From Bacteroidales bacterium (GTDB lineage: Bacteria; Bacteroidota; Bacteroidia; Bacteroidales; UBA12077): a stretch of 64,000 bases of DNA. The position numbers were made by a program, and so were the translations under genes. The stretch lies in contig JAGXLL010000007.1 of NCBI GenBank assembly GCA_018334675.1, positions 137 through 64,136 of the forward strand, in the 5' to 3' direction. This document shows positions 17,673 through 28,417 of this stretch, in pieces. How positions within the stretch are numbered: position 1 is the stretch's first letter; every line of letters starts with the position of its first letter. The notes below the pieces were generated by a model, which worked only from the letters and a program-made list of their open reading frames with translations, did not search any database and was not told the origin of the DNA.

Positions 17673-18248
17673 ATGAAGGTGGGTTTGTTTCTTGGTTCGT
17701 TTAATCCTGTTCATATTGGCCATTTGGCCATTGCTAATTATTTTGCTGAGTTTTCTGATCTTGAGCAGATATGGCTGGTTATCAGTCCCCAAAGCCCTTT
17801 TAAGCAGAAGAAAAACCTGCTGCCGGAATATCAGCGCTATCATATGGTGGAGCTGGCCCTGGGGGATGATCACCAGATCAGACCTTCCAATATTGAATTT
17901 TTGCTTCCCAAGCCTTCCTATACCATCGATACATTGGCTTATTTAAGGGAAAAACATCCCTCAAACCAGTTTTGTCTGATCCTGGGTTCCGACAACCTCG
18001 TCCATTTCCATAAATGGAAGAATTACCGTGAATTGCTCTCCCATTATGAATTGTATGTATATCCCCGTCCGGGGCATGATCCCCAGGCCTTCAGGGATCA
18101 ATATGATTTTCATTGGTGGGATGCCCCGCTGATCGAAATATCCTCCAGCATGATACGCCGTTCCATCCAACAGGGTAAAAACATGCGGTATTTTCTTCCT
18201 GTTAAGGTTTATGAGTATATCAGGGAGATGCACTTTTATGAGAAATAG
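17673..18248 (+). CDS. nadD: Nicotinate-nucleotide adenylyltransferase
   Basis: MKVGLFLGSFNPVHIGHL (HxGH motif). C-terminal ISSSMIRR (ISSTxxR-like). ATG chosen at 17673 rather than the alternative start at 17664. Confidence 0.9.
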   Translation: MKVGLFLGSFNPVHIGHLAIANYFAEFSDLEQIWLVISPQSPFKQKKNLLPEYQRYHMVELALGDDHQIRPSNIEFLLPKPSYTIDTLAYLREKHPSNQFCLILGSDNLVHFHKWKNYRELLSHYELYVYPRPGHDPQAFRDQYDFHWWDAPLIEISSSMIRRSIQQGKNMRYFLPVKVYEYIREMHFYEK

Positions 18249-18284
18249 GTATATTTGTGAAGATTCTATACAATTCAAAGTCTT

Positions 18285-19328
18285 ATGGTCACCTTATTGT
18301 TGTATCTTTTTATTGCATTGTTTTTTTCGTTTCTGTGTTCATTGCTGGAAGCCTCCCTGCTGAGCATCACACCCTCATTCATAGCGGCAAAGGTCAATGA
18401 AAATAAAAGCTACGCCCGCACTCTGAAGCGTTTTAAAGAGGAGGTGGATTTGCCGTTGGCTGCCATACTAACCTTGAACACTTTTGCTCACACCATTGGT
18501 GCGGCCGGTGTAGGTGCACAAGCCCAGGAGATCTGGGGCAATGAGTATTTGTCGTTGACCTCAGCAGCATTGACAATTGTGATACTGATATTTTCCGAGA
18601 TCATCCCCAAAACCCTGGGCGCGAGTTTTTGGAAAAAACTGGCGCCATTTACCGCCCGATCGCTGGTGGTATTGATTTACTCCCCATTGTATCCCTTCAT
18701 TATACTTAGTAAATTCATCACCAAGATACTCAATAAGGAGAAAGGCAGCGCTGTGCTGAGCCGTGCTGAATTCCAGGCTATGGCGGAGATTGGTGTTCAG
18801 GAAGGCATCTTCAGGAAGGAAGAGTCGCAGATCCTGATGAACCTGATGAAATTTAACAATATCGTGGTAAAAAGTATCATGACTCCCCGCACGGTAGTTG
18901 TTTCGGCCTCAGAAGAAGAAACGGTGCACAGTTTTCTTGAGGCATATGAAAAAGTTCGGGTTTCCAGGATCCCCATTTATAAGGAAAACATCGATAACAT
19001 TACCGGTTATGTGCTAAAGGATGATCTGATGCAGCATATGATTGAGAAGAAGTGGAACCGGAAGTTGCATGCTCTGGGCCGCAACATCATGGTGGTTAAT
19101 GAGAAGATGCCCATCATCCGGTTGTTTTACAAGCTGATCCAGGAGAAGGAACACATTGCTATGGTGGTGGGTGAGTACGGTGAGATGTCGGGAATCGTTA
19201 CCATGGAGGATGTGATCGAAACCCTGCTGGGAGCTGAGATCATGGATGAATTGGATAACGTGGAGGATATGCAGAAGCAGGCCATGAAGATCTGGGAGCG
19301 CAGGGCCAAGCGGCTGGGCCTCATATGA
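18285..19328 (+). CDS. CNNM/DUF21 transmembrane domain + CBS pair protein (hemolysin/CorC-related, no CorC_HlyC tail)
   Basis: 347 aa. N-terminal TM region with FSEIIPKTLG. CBS-pair region ..IMTPRTVVV.. and ..HIAMVVGEYGEMSGIVTMEDVIETLLG.. Confidence 0.85.
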   Translation: MVTLLLYLFIALFFSFLCSLLEASLLSITPSFIAAKVNENKSYARTLKRFKEEVDLPLAAILTLNTFAHTIGAAGVGAQAQEIWGNEYLSLTSAALTIVILIFSEIIPKTLGASFWKKLAPFTARSLVVLIYSPLYPFIILSKFITKILNKEKGSAVLSRAEFQAMAEIGVQEGIFRKEESQILMNLMKFNNIVVKSIMTPRTVVVSASEEETVHSFLEAYEKVRVSRIPIYKENIDNITGYVLKDDLMQHMIEKKWNRKLHALGRNIMVVNEKMPIIRLFYKLIQEKEHIAMVVGEYGEMSGIVTMEDVIETLLGAEIMDELDNVEDMQKQAMKIWERRAKRLGLI

Positions 19329-19337
19329 AGGTAGGAT

Positions 19338-19363
19338 TGCCGGCATTCGGCAGGTTTTGTTTT
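19338..19363 (+). terminator. Weak terminator-like hairpin after the CNNM gene
   Basis: TGCCG-gcatt-CGGCA (5 bp) followed by GGTTTTGTTTT. Confidence 0.3.
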
Positions 19364-19441
19364 AAAATATGAAGCCATCCCGGGTATTGTTGGATGAGTT
19401 ATTTATATTTGTTTGGTCAATAAATGCAATAAACAGGAACA

Positions 19442-21664
19442 ATGATGGAAGTAACGGTAGAAACAGCCAGGCAACTGGGTTTGCTCCCCGAAGAATACAA
19501 AAAGATCCGCCAGATACTGGGAAGGAATCCTAACTTCACGGAGTTGAGCATTTACTCGGTCATGTGGTCAGAGCATGCCTCCTATAAGAATTCGATCAAA
19601 TGGTTAAAGACCCTGCCCATGGAAGGAGATCAGCTGATGGCAGAGGCTGGCGAGGAGAATGCTGGTTTGGTGGATCTGGGTAACGGATATGGCTGTGCCT
19701 TCAAGATAGAATCACACAATCACCCTTCAGCCATTGAGCCCTACCAGGGTGCGGCAACCGCTGTTGGAGGGATCAACCGCGATATCTTCACCGTAGGGGC
19801 CCGGCCGGTGGCCCAGCTCAATTCGCTGCGTTTCGGTGATCCATCACTGGATCGGACCAGGTGGCATTTGCGCGGGGTTGTTAAAGGCATAGGCGATTAT
19901 GGCAACTCCTTTGGAGTGCCTGTTCTGGGAGGGGAAGTATATTTTGATAAATCGTATAATGCCAATCCCCTGGTCAATGCCATGTCGGTGGGGTTGGTCA
20001 AGAAAGACCGCTTGATATCGGCAGTGGCTAAAGGAGTGGGTAATCCTGTATACATCGTTGGATCCTCCACGGGCAAGGATGGCATCCACGGAGCCACTTT
20101 TGCCTCAGCCAATCTTACGGAGAAATCTGCCGAGGACCTGCCTTCGGTACAGGTAGGCGACCCTTTCATGGAAAAACTCCTGCTGGAGGCCACGCTCGAG
20201 CTAAATAAATCGGCGGCTGTTGTTGGCATGCAGGATATGGGTGCTGCAGGGATCATCTGCTCCACCAGCGAGATGTCGGAAAAAGGCGGGCAGGGCATGA
20301 AGATTGACCTGGATAAGGTGCCCCTGCGCCAGCAAGATATGGATCCCTTTGAAATATTGCTTTCCGAATCGCAGGAAAGGATGCTGGTGGTGGTCGAAAA
20401 AGGCCATGAGAAAGAAGTGGAAAGGATCTTCGACAAATGGGATCTCAATCGGGAGATCATCGGGGAGGTCATTGATGAGGATAAGTTGTATTTTTACTCC
20501 GGGGGTGAATTGGTAGCTGATGTACCGGCTTCCACCCTGGTGCTGGGCGGCGGTGCTCCTGTATATGACCGCGAACATACGAAGCCGGACTATATTGATG
20601 AATATAAGAAGTTCTCCATCAATGATATACCCGAACCCGCCGACCTGAGGGAGGTGATCATGAACCTGGTACGCAACCCCAACATCGCCTCCAAAAGATG
20701 GGTCAGTGAACAGTATGATACGATGGTGGGTACCGCCAATATGTCTACCAATTTCCCCAGTGATGCCGGTGTATTCAACCTGAAAGAGATGGACAAGGCC
20801 CTGGCGATGACCGTCGATTGTAATGCCCGGTATGTAAACGCCGATCCTTATGTGGGAGCCCAGATAGCTGTTGCTGAGGCATCCCGTAACATCGTTTGTA
20901 CCGGCGGACGGCCCACCGCCATCACCAATTGCCTGAATTTTGGCAATCCCTATAATCCTGAAGCTTACTGGCAATTTGTTCAGGCCGTCAAAGGCATGGG
21001 AGATGCCTGCCGTCGCTTTAACACCCCGGTAACCGGAGGTAATGTGAGTTTCTATAATCAAACCACCATCGGGAGAAAGGAAGAGCCTGTTTTCCCTGCA
21101 CCCGTGATTGGCATGATCGGGATAATGAACAACAAAAACCATCAAACCACCGTCGGCTTCAAGGAAAAGGGCGACATGATCTTCCTGATAGGACGCTCCA
21201 TTGAAGACATCAGCTCCTCCGAATACCTGGTCTCTTACCACCAGGTGGAAAAATCGCCGGCTCCTTTCTTCGACATGGAAGAAGAGTACCATGTTCAACA
21301 GGCAATTAAAGATCTGATTGAACACGGCCTGATCCGCTCGGCCCACGACGTTTCGGAAGGAGGATTGTTCATAACCCTCCTGGAATCGGCCATGGTAAGG
21401 GACATGGGTTTCGATATCACCACCAGTGCCGATATCCGTACTGACGCTTTTCTGTTTGGCGAAGCCCAAGGCCGCATCGTGGTAAGTGTTACATCTTCTA
21501 ATGAAACACAATTCGTTGATTTCATGCTTGAACGGGATGTGCCCTTCTCAACCCTTGGCCATGTCACCAAGTCGGAACTGCGGATCGATGACGATTCCTA
21601 TGGGTTTATTCATGACATGAAAAAGCACTATGAACAAGCCCTGGATGATCTGATGAATGCTTAA
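19442..21664 (+). CDS. purL: Phosphoribosylformylglycinamidine synthase subunit PurL (small, FGAM synthase II type)
   Basis: 740 aa. ..[10 protein letters not shown].., [21 protein letters not shown], duplicated AIR-synthase-like domains, ..[11 protein letters not shown].. Confidence 0.92.
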   Translation: MMEVTVETARQLGLLPEEYKKIRQILGRNPNFTELSIYSVMWSEHASYKNSIKWLKTLPMEGDQLMAEAGEENAGLVDLGNGYGCAFKIESHNHPSAIEPYQGAATAVGGINRDIFTVGARPVAQLNSLRFGDPSLDRTRWHLRGVVKGIGDYGNSFGVPVLGGEVYFDKSYNANPLVNAMSVGLVKKDRLISAVAKGVGNPVYIVGSSTGKDGIHGATFASANLTEKSAEDLPSVQVGDPFMEKLLLEATLELNKSAAVVGMQDMGAAGIICSTSEMSEKGGQGMKIDLDKVPLRQQDMDPFEILLSESQERMLVVVEKGHEKEVERIFDKWDLNREIIGEVIDEDKLYFYSGGELVADVPASTLVLGGGAPVYDREHTKPDYIDEYKKFSINDIPEPADLREVIMNLVRNPNIASKRWVSEQYDTMVGTANMSTNFPSDAGVFNLKEMDKALAMTVDCNARYVNADPYVGAQIAVAEASRNIVCTGGRPTAITNCLNFGNPYNPEAYWQFVQAVKGMGDACRRFNTPVTGGNVSFYNQTTIGRKEEPVFPAPVIGMIGIMNNKNHQTTVGFKEKGDMIFLIGRSIEDISSSEYLVSYHQVEKSPAPFFDMEEEYHVQQAIKDLIEHGLIRSAHDVSEGGLFITLLESAMVRDMGFDITTSADIRTDAFLFGEAQGRIVVSVTSSNETQFVDFMLERDVPFSTLGHVTKSELRIDDDSYGFIHDMKKHYEQALDDLMNA

Positions 21665-21738
21665 GCCGGTTCTGAAAGGGCCTTTTTCATAATAATCAAA
21701 CCGGTGTTGCGTTAATATAGCTAATAAATGCTATCGTT

Positions 21739-22515
21739 TTGAAAAAGATCCTCCTGTTTCTTCTAATTGCCCTGTCTGTGCCGGCTTCTGCCCAGGATGA
21801 CCCCATTCTGAATTATCAGAAGATCGATCACAAGCCTTTTCATTTTGGGTATACCCTGGGGCTGAATACCATGGATTTTGGTATTTATCCGTCTGAAGCA
21901 TCCCTCAGCCCCGAGAGTGCCCTGCCCGATACTTTCCCCGAGATCAACCGCCTCTCCCCCGGGATCGATATCGGCATTGTTACCAATTTTCGCTTAACCG
22001 AATACCTGGACTTCAGGTTTTTGCCCGGGATATCCCTGGGGCAACGTAACCTGAACTACTACACCCACTTATCTGATGTTTCACAGGATCCATCCAATGG
22101 AGTGCAAAGTCCTGGCAATGTCGATTCATCAGCATTGACGCAAGAGTCACCGATGAATATCGGAAGCACTTTCATTAATGTTCCTGTTGCCCTGCGTTAT
22201 GAAGCCAAACGTTATTACAACTTCAGACCTTACATTATAGGAGGGGTCAATTTCCGCTGGGATATGGCCCGGAACAAGGATTTTAATGTAAGCGAAGGCA
22301 TATTTGTCAAGCTTAAACCCTTTGATGTATACCTGGAAGGGGGTATGGGCATGGATTTTTACCTGCCCTATTTTAAACTTTCCGTGGAGCTGAAATTATC
22401 CGTCGGGACCCTGAATGTGCTGGATCCCGATAAGCATGAAAATAAATCGGGTTATGTAAACTCAATTGATAAGCTGAAATCCAGGATGGTCAGCCTGTCA
22501 TTTCATTTTGAATGA
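21739..22515 (+). CDS. Small outer-membrane beta-barrel protein, PorT-like (OMP_b-brl_2 type)
   Basis: 258 aa. Apparent TTG start, since the nearby ATG runs into a stop. Signal peptide MKKILLFLLIALSVPASAQ. HFGYTLGLN.. beginning and terminal ..VSLSFHFE. PorT family assignment is from memory of architecture and neighbourhood only. Confidence 0.6.
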   Translation: MKKILLFLLIALSVPASAQDDPILNYQKIDHKPFHFGYTLGLNTMDFGIYPSEASLSPESALPDTFPEINRLSPGIDIGIVTNFRLTEYLDFRFLPGISLGQRNLNYYTHLSDVSQDPSNGVQSPGNVDSSALTQESPMNIGSTFINVPVALRYEAKRYYNFRPYIIGGVNFRWDMARNKDFNVSEGIFVKLKPFDVYLEGGMGMDFYLPYFKLSVELKLSVGTLNVLDPDKHENKSGYVNSIDKLKSRMVSLSFHFE

Positions 22516-23300
22516 TTCCCCGAGATCCACTGCCTGCGGCGGAACTCTGAACAGACAATGCCGGTAGCCATCGATACATTCAGCGATTCGGCCTTTGTCA
22601 TCTTCGCTGAAGGGAAAGCGGGAATGTATAGCTGGCGGTTGATATACCTCCACAGATTCTCCGAGATCCCGTGCGACTCACTGCCCATCACAATCATTCC
22701 CTTGTCCTGAAGAGGCGTAGTATAGAGATTTTCACCTTCCAGAAAGCAACCGTATATATCGAAAACTGGCTGGCGGCTCCAGGGCTCAAGAAATTCCGTC
22801 AGCTCCCTGTAGGCTACTTTTACCCGGGCTATCGAACCCATAGTGGACTGAACCGTCTTGGTATTGTACAGATCAACCGTATCGGTGGAACAAATGATGT
22901 TTTCTATTGCAAACCAATCGGCCAGCCGGACAATAGTGCCCAGGTTACCGGGATCGTTGATACCGTCAAGTACCAGGGAAAGCTTTCCGGACAGATCCTC
23001 CTCCTCTGAAAAGCTTCCGGGAACAGCAAAAACACCCAGTACTTCCGCAGGTGTCTGGAGGGTGGATATTTTGCCAAGCTCTTGTTCGGTGACTGTTATC
23101 TGTTCTTTTATCTTTGCCCTGGCATCAGGAGGGTTTTTTTCAAACCAGCCGGTTGTGGCACATAAAAGGTTGGCCTGGGCGCCTTCACCGAGCAACTCCT
23201 GCACCAGCTTTGTGCCTTCGGCAATGAACAAGCCCTTCTCGCTCCTGTGTTTCTTTTTTTTTAGGGAGTTAATAAATTTAATTTTATTTTTGCTTAACAT
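22503..23300 (-). CDS. TrmH/SpoU family RNA 2'-O-methyltransferase
   Basis: 265 aa. ..LVLDGINDPGNLGTIVRLADWF.., ..IVMGSESHGIS.., ..IPAFP..AESLNVSMATGIV.. (SPOUT motifs). The 3' end overlaps the convergent PorT-like gene by 13 nt. Confidence 0.88.
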   Translation of the reverse strand: MLSKNKIKFINSLKKKKHRSEKGLFIAEGTKLVQELLGEGAQANLLCATTGWFEKNPPDARAKIKEQITVTEQELGKISTLQTPAEVLGVFAVPGSFSEEEDLSGKLSLVLDGINDPGNLGTIVRLADWFAIENIICSTDTVDLYNTKTVQSTMGSIARVKVAYRELTEFLEPWSRQPVFDIYGCFLEGENLYTTPLQDKGMIVMGSESHGISENLWRYINRQLYIPAFPSAKMTKAESLNVSMATGIVCSEFRRRQWISGNHSK

Positions 23301-23359
23301 ACGCTGGTTTCTCTTTGGGTTTATAAACAGTTAGTTATCATTTAACAGAATCAATCTGA

Positions 23360-25678
23360 ATGCGCTATACAACCACCATCTGTTTCATTGTTTTGTTGCC
23401 CCTTGCTCTTGGACTTTTCTCCTGCAGTTCCACCAGGCATGTTCCCGAAGGAGAATACCTGCTGAAGAGATATAAGATAAAGACCGACAATAAAAATATT
23501 GAAAAAAGCGAAATTAAAAAATACATCCGTCAGAAACCCAATCAGCGTTTTCTGGGATTGAGTTTTCCGTTTTTTCTCTATAACCTTTCCAATCCGTATA
23601 AAGAAAAGGGCATAAACAAATGGCTCCGCAAAGCCGGTGAGGCCCCGGTTGTATGGGATCGATTCATGATGAAGGAATCTGCCCGGCAGATCAATAATTA
23701 TCTGGAGAAACAAGGGTATTATGATGCACAGGTTACCGATTCCGCCATTTTTCATGATCATAAGGTAACGGTGCTATACAACCTGGATACAGAGAAGCCA
23801 TACCGGATTAGTAATGTTGAATACCAGGTAAGGGATTCGGCTTTGGAACCCTTTATTTTTCCCGACACATCAAGGTTACCTGTAAATCCCGGCAACATTT
23901 TTTCCGTGGAGCTGCTTCAGCGGCAACGCAACATGATTGAGACCATCCTTCGCAACAAGGGTTTTTATCGTTTCTCCAAGGATTTTGTCAATTACATTGC
24001 CGATACCACCGCCCGGAAGAACAAGGTGGACCTGACCGTTGAGGTCAATCCTTTTCCCGTTAGGGAGGAAGATGGGGATGAATTGATTACCAGATCCCAC
24101 AAGCGATATAGAATTGATTCCATTTATATTTTTCCCGATTATGACCCTAAGGAGGCCATTGCTGATAAACAGGAATATATTGAAAGTTTGGACACCCTGG
24201 AGCATAAGCATTTGAAGTTTGTTTACCGTGGCGAACCAGGCTTTGACCTGGATGTGATTACCCAATCCAACTACCTTGAGCCGGGAGAATGGTACAGCCA
24301 GGATGAAACCGACAAGACATACCAGCATCTGAATTCCCTTCGGTTGTTTCAGATCATCAACATCAAGTTCAACGAATCGGCCAGCTCCGTTGATTCATTG
24401 GTAGGTAAGCTGGACTGCCATATCTATCTGAAGAAGTTCAAGCTTCAATCCTATACCATTGAGCTTGAAGGCACCAATTCTTCGGGAAATATAGGCGGAG
24501 CCGGCAACCTGGTCTACACGCACAAGAGCATCTTCGGCGGGGCCGAACAATTCCAGTCGAAATTCACGGGAGCTTTTGAGATCCTGGATCAGGATGAATT
24601 TAAAATCGACAATACCTTGCGGCTGGGAACGGAGTTGAGTATTGATTTTCCCAAGTTTTTGCTGCCTTTCCTGCGCAGCGACCGTTTCGTCAAGGAGTAT
24701 AATCCCAAGACCACCCTCTCGGCCATGTACAATTATCAGGAAAGGCCTGATTACACGCGTACCCTGGCAAACCTGACCTTTGGCTACCGCTGGCAGAACC
24801 GGAATTACCTAACCCATTATGTGAATCCCATTGAGTTGAATGTGCTTCGTTTGCCATACATCTCCGATAACTTCAGGCGAAATCTGGAGGAGATCTATTT
24901 GAAAAGCAGTTATGACGATCATTTTCTCTCGGTTACCAGTTATAGCATGATCTACAACAACCAGGAAATGAAGAGTAAGACCCGCGACTTCCAATATTTC
25001 AGGCTAAATGCCGAAGTGGCAGGCAATATCCTCACGGGCATCAGTAAAATTGTTGATATGAATCAGGTGGGGGACCATTATGAGCTCTTTGGCATCCGGT
25101 TTGCCCAGTTCTTTAAGTTGGACTTTGATATTAGGCATTATCAAATTCTCAATGAGAATGAGCGTTTTGTTTACCGTTTTTTTGTGGGAGGGGGATTCCC
25201 TTATGGCAACTCCAGTGCCCTGCCTTTTGTCAAGCAATATTTCTCTGGAGGGGCCAACAGCATCCGGGCCTGGAATGTTCGGGCGCTGGGACCCGGCTCC
25301 TATAGGCCGCGGGAGGATTTTACCGGTTATCCGAACCTGACCGGCGACCTGAAGCTGGAGCTCAACTGGGAGTATCGTTTTAAGATGTTTTGGTTACTCG
25401 AAGGAGCCTTTTTTGTAGATGCCGGCAATATATGGTCGGTCAATCCCGCTGATGACCGGGTAGGAGCCCAGTTTGCCCCCGATGATTTTCTTGATCAGAT
25501 CGCCCTGGGAACCGGCCTCGGCCTGCGCTTCGACCTGTCCTTTTCCGTGCTCAGGCTTGATATGGGCCTGAAGATGAAGGATCCTTCTTATCCTTCAGGT
25601 GAACGCTGGTTGCCGGGTAACCGCTCCATCAACCAGGAAAATATTTCCTGGAACATTGCCATTGGTTATCCGTTTTGA
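23360..25678 (+). CDS. Omp85 (BamA/TamA) family outer-membrane protein with lipoprotein signal (TamL-like)
   Basis: 772 aa. Lipobox LALGLFSC|SS. POTRA-like N-terminal half. C-terminal surface-antigen barrel ..YFSGGANSIRAW.., ending ..NIAIGYPF. Confidence 0.85.
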   Translation: MRYTTTICFIVLLPLALGLFSCSSTRHVPEGEYLLKRYKIKTDNKNIEKSEIKKYIRQKPNQRFLGLSFPFFLYNLSNPYKEKGINKWLRKAGEAPVVWDRFMMKESARQINNYLEKQGYYDAQVTDSAIFHDHKVTVLYNLDTEKPYRISNVEYQVRDSALEPFIFPDTSRLPVNPGNIFSVELLQRQRNMIETILRNKGFYRFSKDFVNYIADTTARKNKVDLTVEVNPFPVREEDGDELITRSHKRYRIDSIYIFPDYDPKEAIADKQEYIESLDTLEHKHLKFVYRGEPGFDLDVITQSNYLEPGEWYSQDETDKTYQHLNSLRLFQIINIKFNESASSVDSLVGKLDCHIYLKKFKLQSYTIELEGTNSSGNIGGAGNLVYTHKSIFGGAEQFQSKFTGAFEILDQDEFKIDNTLRLGTELSIDFPKFLLPFLRSDRFVKEYNPKTTLSAMYNYQERPDYTRTLANLTFGYRWQNRNYLTHYVNPIELNVLRLPYISDNFRRNLEEIYLKSSYDDHFLSVTSYSMIYNNQEMKSKTRDFQYFRLNAEVAGNILTGISKIVDMNQVGDHYELFGIRFAQFFKLDFDIRHYQILNENERFVYRFFVGGGFPYGNSSALPFVKQYFSGGANSIRAWNVRALGPGSYRPREDFTGYPNLTGDLKLELNWEYRFKMFWLLEGAFFVDAGNIWSVNPADDRVGAQFAPDDFLDQIALGTGLGLRFDLSFSVLRLDMGLKMKDPSYPSGERWLPGNRSINQENISWNIAIGYPF

Positions 25679-25768
25679 TGCAATATTTTCATCGGAAGTA
25701 ACTAGACCTGTTCCATTCTTTTTTGTAACTTTGTACGGTTTTTTAAAATTCACAAAACATTTAAGCCT

Positions 25769-26827
25769 ATGTCTTATAATAAAGTATTAGAATTGCTGGG
25801 AGATCAGGCAGATGACCTGCTGAACCACAAGTGTAAGACCGTTGACAAGGAGCAGTTGCATTTGCCCGGTCCGGATTTTATTGAGCGGGTATTCTACCAC
25901 TCCAATCGCAGTCCAAGGGTACTTGCCAATCTGGCCCGTCTGTTCGACCACGGCAGGCTGGGTGGCACAGGGTATTTGTCCATCCTGCCCATTGATCAGG
26001 GTATTGAGCATACTGCAGGGGCTTCATTTGCACCCAATCCCATATATTTTGATCCGGAGAACATTGTGAAACTGGCCATTGAGGGAGGTGCCAATGGAGT
26101 AGCTTCTACTTTCGGTGTGCTGGCAGCCACCGCCCGCAAGTATGCACACCGCATTCCTTACATTGTGAAGATCAACCACAATGAACTGCTGACTTATCCC
26201 AATAAGCATGACCAGATTCTCTATGGGTCGGTTGATGAGGCTTTCAATATGGGAGCAGCTGCCATTGGTGCCACCATTTACTTTGGAAGTCCCGAATCGA
26301 ACCGTCAGCTTATTGAGATTGCCGAAGCTTTTGAAAGGGCTCACGAATTGGGCATGGCTACCATCCTGTGGTGTTACACCCGCAACAAAGCCTTCAAAAC
26401 CGACAAGGACGATTTCCACACGGCGGCCGACCTGAGCGGACAGGCCAACCATCTGGGCGTGACCATTCAGGCCGATATCATCAAACAAAAGATGCCTACC
26501 ACCAACGGTGGCTTCACCACCTTGAATTTTGGCAAGACGAATGAAAAGATGTACAGCGAGCTGAGTTCAGACCACCCCATTGACCTGACCCGCTATCAGG
26601 TTATCAACAACTATATGGGCCGCATGGGCCTGATCAACTCCGGTGGTGCCTCCAAGGGCGAGAGCGACCTGAAAGACGCCGTTACAACGGCTGTAGTCAA
26701 CAAACGTGCAGGCGGCATGGGTCTGATCTCAGGAAGAAAAGCCTTCCAGAAACCCATGGAGCAGGGTGTTGAGCTGCTTAATGCCATCCAGGACGTATAC
26801 CTGGCTAAGGAGATCGATATCGCATAA
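25769..26827 (+). CDS. fbaB: Class I fructose-bisphosphate aldolase (DhnA/FbaB type)
   Basis: 352 aa, colinear from memory with E. coli FbaB: [83 protein letters not shown]. Confidence 0.93.
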   Translation: MSYNKVLELLGDQADDLLNHKCKTVDKEQLHLPGPDFIERVFYHSNRSPRVLANLARLFDHGRLGGTGYLSILPIDQGIEHTAGASFAPNPIYFDPENIVKLAIEGGANGVASTFGVLAATARKYAHRIPYIVKINHNELLTYPNKHDQILYGSVDEAFNMGAAAIGATIYFGSPESNRQLIEIAEAFERAHELGMATILWCYTRNKAFKTDKDDFHTAADLSGQANHLGVTIQADIIKQKMPTTNGGFTTLNFGKTNEKMYSELSSDHPIDLTRYQVINNYMGRMGLINSGGASKGESDLKDAVTTAVVNKRAGGMGLISGRKAFQKPMEQGVELLNAIQDVYLAKEIDIA

Positions 26828-26848
26828 AAAGACCATCCCATCATTACA

Positions 26849-26884
26849 GAGGCTGTCTCATTAAATGGAGACAGCCTTTTTTCG
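26849..26884 (+). terminator. Intrinsic terminator after fbaB
   Basis: AGGCTGTCTC-attaaatg-GAGACAGCCT (10 bp) followed by TTTTTTCGTTT. Confidence 0.8.
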
Positions 26885-27030
26885 TTTCAGGTTGTCAGAT
26901 GAATGTTGACATTTCAATGTTTAACATTCAACTTTTAACAGGTTGTTATTAGGATGGATTGCATAATAGCGAGTTTTTTTATAATATTGTTCACTGAATC
27001 AATTCCTTCATATCCACTAAAATTTTGTAT

Positions 27031-28395
27031 ATGGCGAAATTCGACTTTTCAAAACGCGACAGCTTTGGGAGCAAATTTGGTGTAATAGCGGCAGCTGCTG
27101 GTTCTGCTGTAGGCCTGGGCAACATATGGCGTTTCCCCTATATCGCCGGTGAGAACGGAGGCGGTGCCTTTATATTGGTTTACCTGCTTTTTATTCTCGC
27201 CATTGGCATACCGGTTATGCTTTCTGAGTTTACCATTGGACGCAGCGCCCAGAGAAACGTATTCGGTTCGTTCAAGAAACTGGCACCCCGAACCCATTGG
27301 TATTTGATTGGTGTTTTGGGAGTTGTTGCGGCCTTCATTATATTGTCGTTTTACAGTACAGTAGCCTCCTGGACTATGGAGTATATTTATAAAGCTGCTG
27401 CCGATGCCTTTTCAGGAAAGTCATCCGACCAGCTGACCAGCATGTTTCAAGGCTTCAAGGGGGGGACCTTTCGTCCCATCATGTGGCAGGTGGTATTCAT
27501 GTTTCTCACTGCCTGGATTGTAGTGTCCGGCGTAAAGCGGGGCATTGAGAAATATGCCCGGATCCTGATGCCTGTATTGTTGTTATTGATCATTATACTG
27601 GATGTGCGTGCCGTTACGCTGGCCGGTGCACAGGAAGGTCTTGAGTTCCTTTTTAAACCTGATTTTTCCAAACTCAATACCAATTCCATCCTGCAAGCCC
27701 TGGGGCAGGCGTTTTTCTCCCTCAGCATAGGTATGGGAACCCTGGTTACCTACGGGTCGTATATTAATAAGCGTGAAAACCTTACCAACACAGCCATCAG
27801 CGTATCGGCCGCCGATACCATCATTGCCATTCTGGCCGGTGTGGCCATTTTCCCAGCGGTGTTTGCCTTTGGCATTGAGCCGAATGCCGGTCCCGATTTG
27901 ATTTTCCGTACCCTTCCGAACATTTTCCAGCAAATTCCGGGGGGATACTTCTTTGCTTTGCTTTTCTTCATCTTGCTTGGTGTGGCAGCTCTAACTTCTT
28001 CCATCTCGGTGCTGGAAGTTGTGGTGGCCTATTTCACCGAGGAACTGGGTATATTACGTAAACCAGCAACCATCCTGGCTGCGGCTACCATCACCGCACT
28101 GGGCGTTTTATCGACCATGTCGTGGGGAGTTCTCAAGGATGTCAGCCTTTTCAACCAAAACATTTTTGACTTGCTCGATTTCACGGCGTCCAGCATATTG
28201 CTGCCCATCGGCGGACTGTTTATCGTGATCTTTGTGGGATGGTACCTGGGCAAAGACTACACCCGCAAAGAACTCTCGAGCGAGGGCCTTTTCAAGGTCA
28301 AGCTGATCAATGTGTTTATATTGATTGTTAAGTTTTTGGCACCCCTTGCCATTGCCCTGGTCTTCCTTAATGGCATCGGGTTGTTGAAATTCTGA
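27031..28395 (+). CDS. Sodium-dependent transporter, NSS/SNF family
   Basis: Signature AAAGSAVGLGNIWRFPYIAGENGGGAF, about 11-12 TM helices. ATG at 27031 preferred to the TTG at 27025. Confidence 0.9.
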   Translation: MAKFDFSKRDSFGSKFGVIAAAAGSAVGLGNIWRFPYIAGENGGGAFILVYLLFILAIGIPVMLSEFTIGRSAQRNVFGSFKKLAPRTHWYLIGVLGVVAAFIILSFYSTVASWTMEYIYKAAADAFSGKSSDQLTSMFQGFKGGTFRPIMWQVVFMFLTAWIVVSGVKRGIEKYARILMPVLLLLIIILDVRAVTLAGAQEGLEFLFKPDFSKLNTNSILQALGQAFFSLSIGMGTLVTYGSYINKRENLTNTAISVSAADTIIAILAGVAIFPAVFAFGIEPNAGPDLIFRTLPNIFQQIPGGYFFALLFFILLGVAALTSSISVLEVVVAYFTEELGILRKPATILAAATITALGVLSTMSWGVLKDVSLFNQNIFDLLDFTASSILLPIGGLFIVIFVGWYLGKDYTRKELSSEGLFKVKLINVFILIVKFLAPLAIALVFLNGIGLLKF

Positions 28396-28417
28396 CCGGG
28401 TATGAATTGATACAGTC

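Noticed and set aside
19329-19441. Possible purine or ZTP riboswitch upstream of purL.
   Set aside because: The spacer is only ~110 nt, and the first third is a weak terminator hairpin. I could not find the ZTP (pfl) or purine-riboswitch conserved cores. Only a TATATTTG -7-like box at 19404 is present.
20201-21511. Very long antisense ORFs inside well-supported genes. Examples: 436 aa opposite purL, 422 aa opposite rpoC (41258..42526), 402 aa opposite the TPR gene (59960..61168), 317 aa opposite the FeS gene (53280..54233), 312 aa opposite rpoB (36803..37741) and 290 aa opposite rho (300..1172).
   Set aside because: Each lies wholly inside a conserved, motif-rich gene on the other strand. 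Their products are low-complexity (rich in G, H, L, V, D) with no recognisable motifs. Such shadow ORFs arise from codon bias in the sense frame. I see no independent evidence for overlapping genes.
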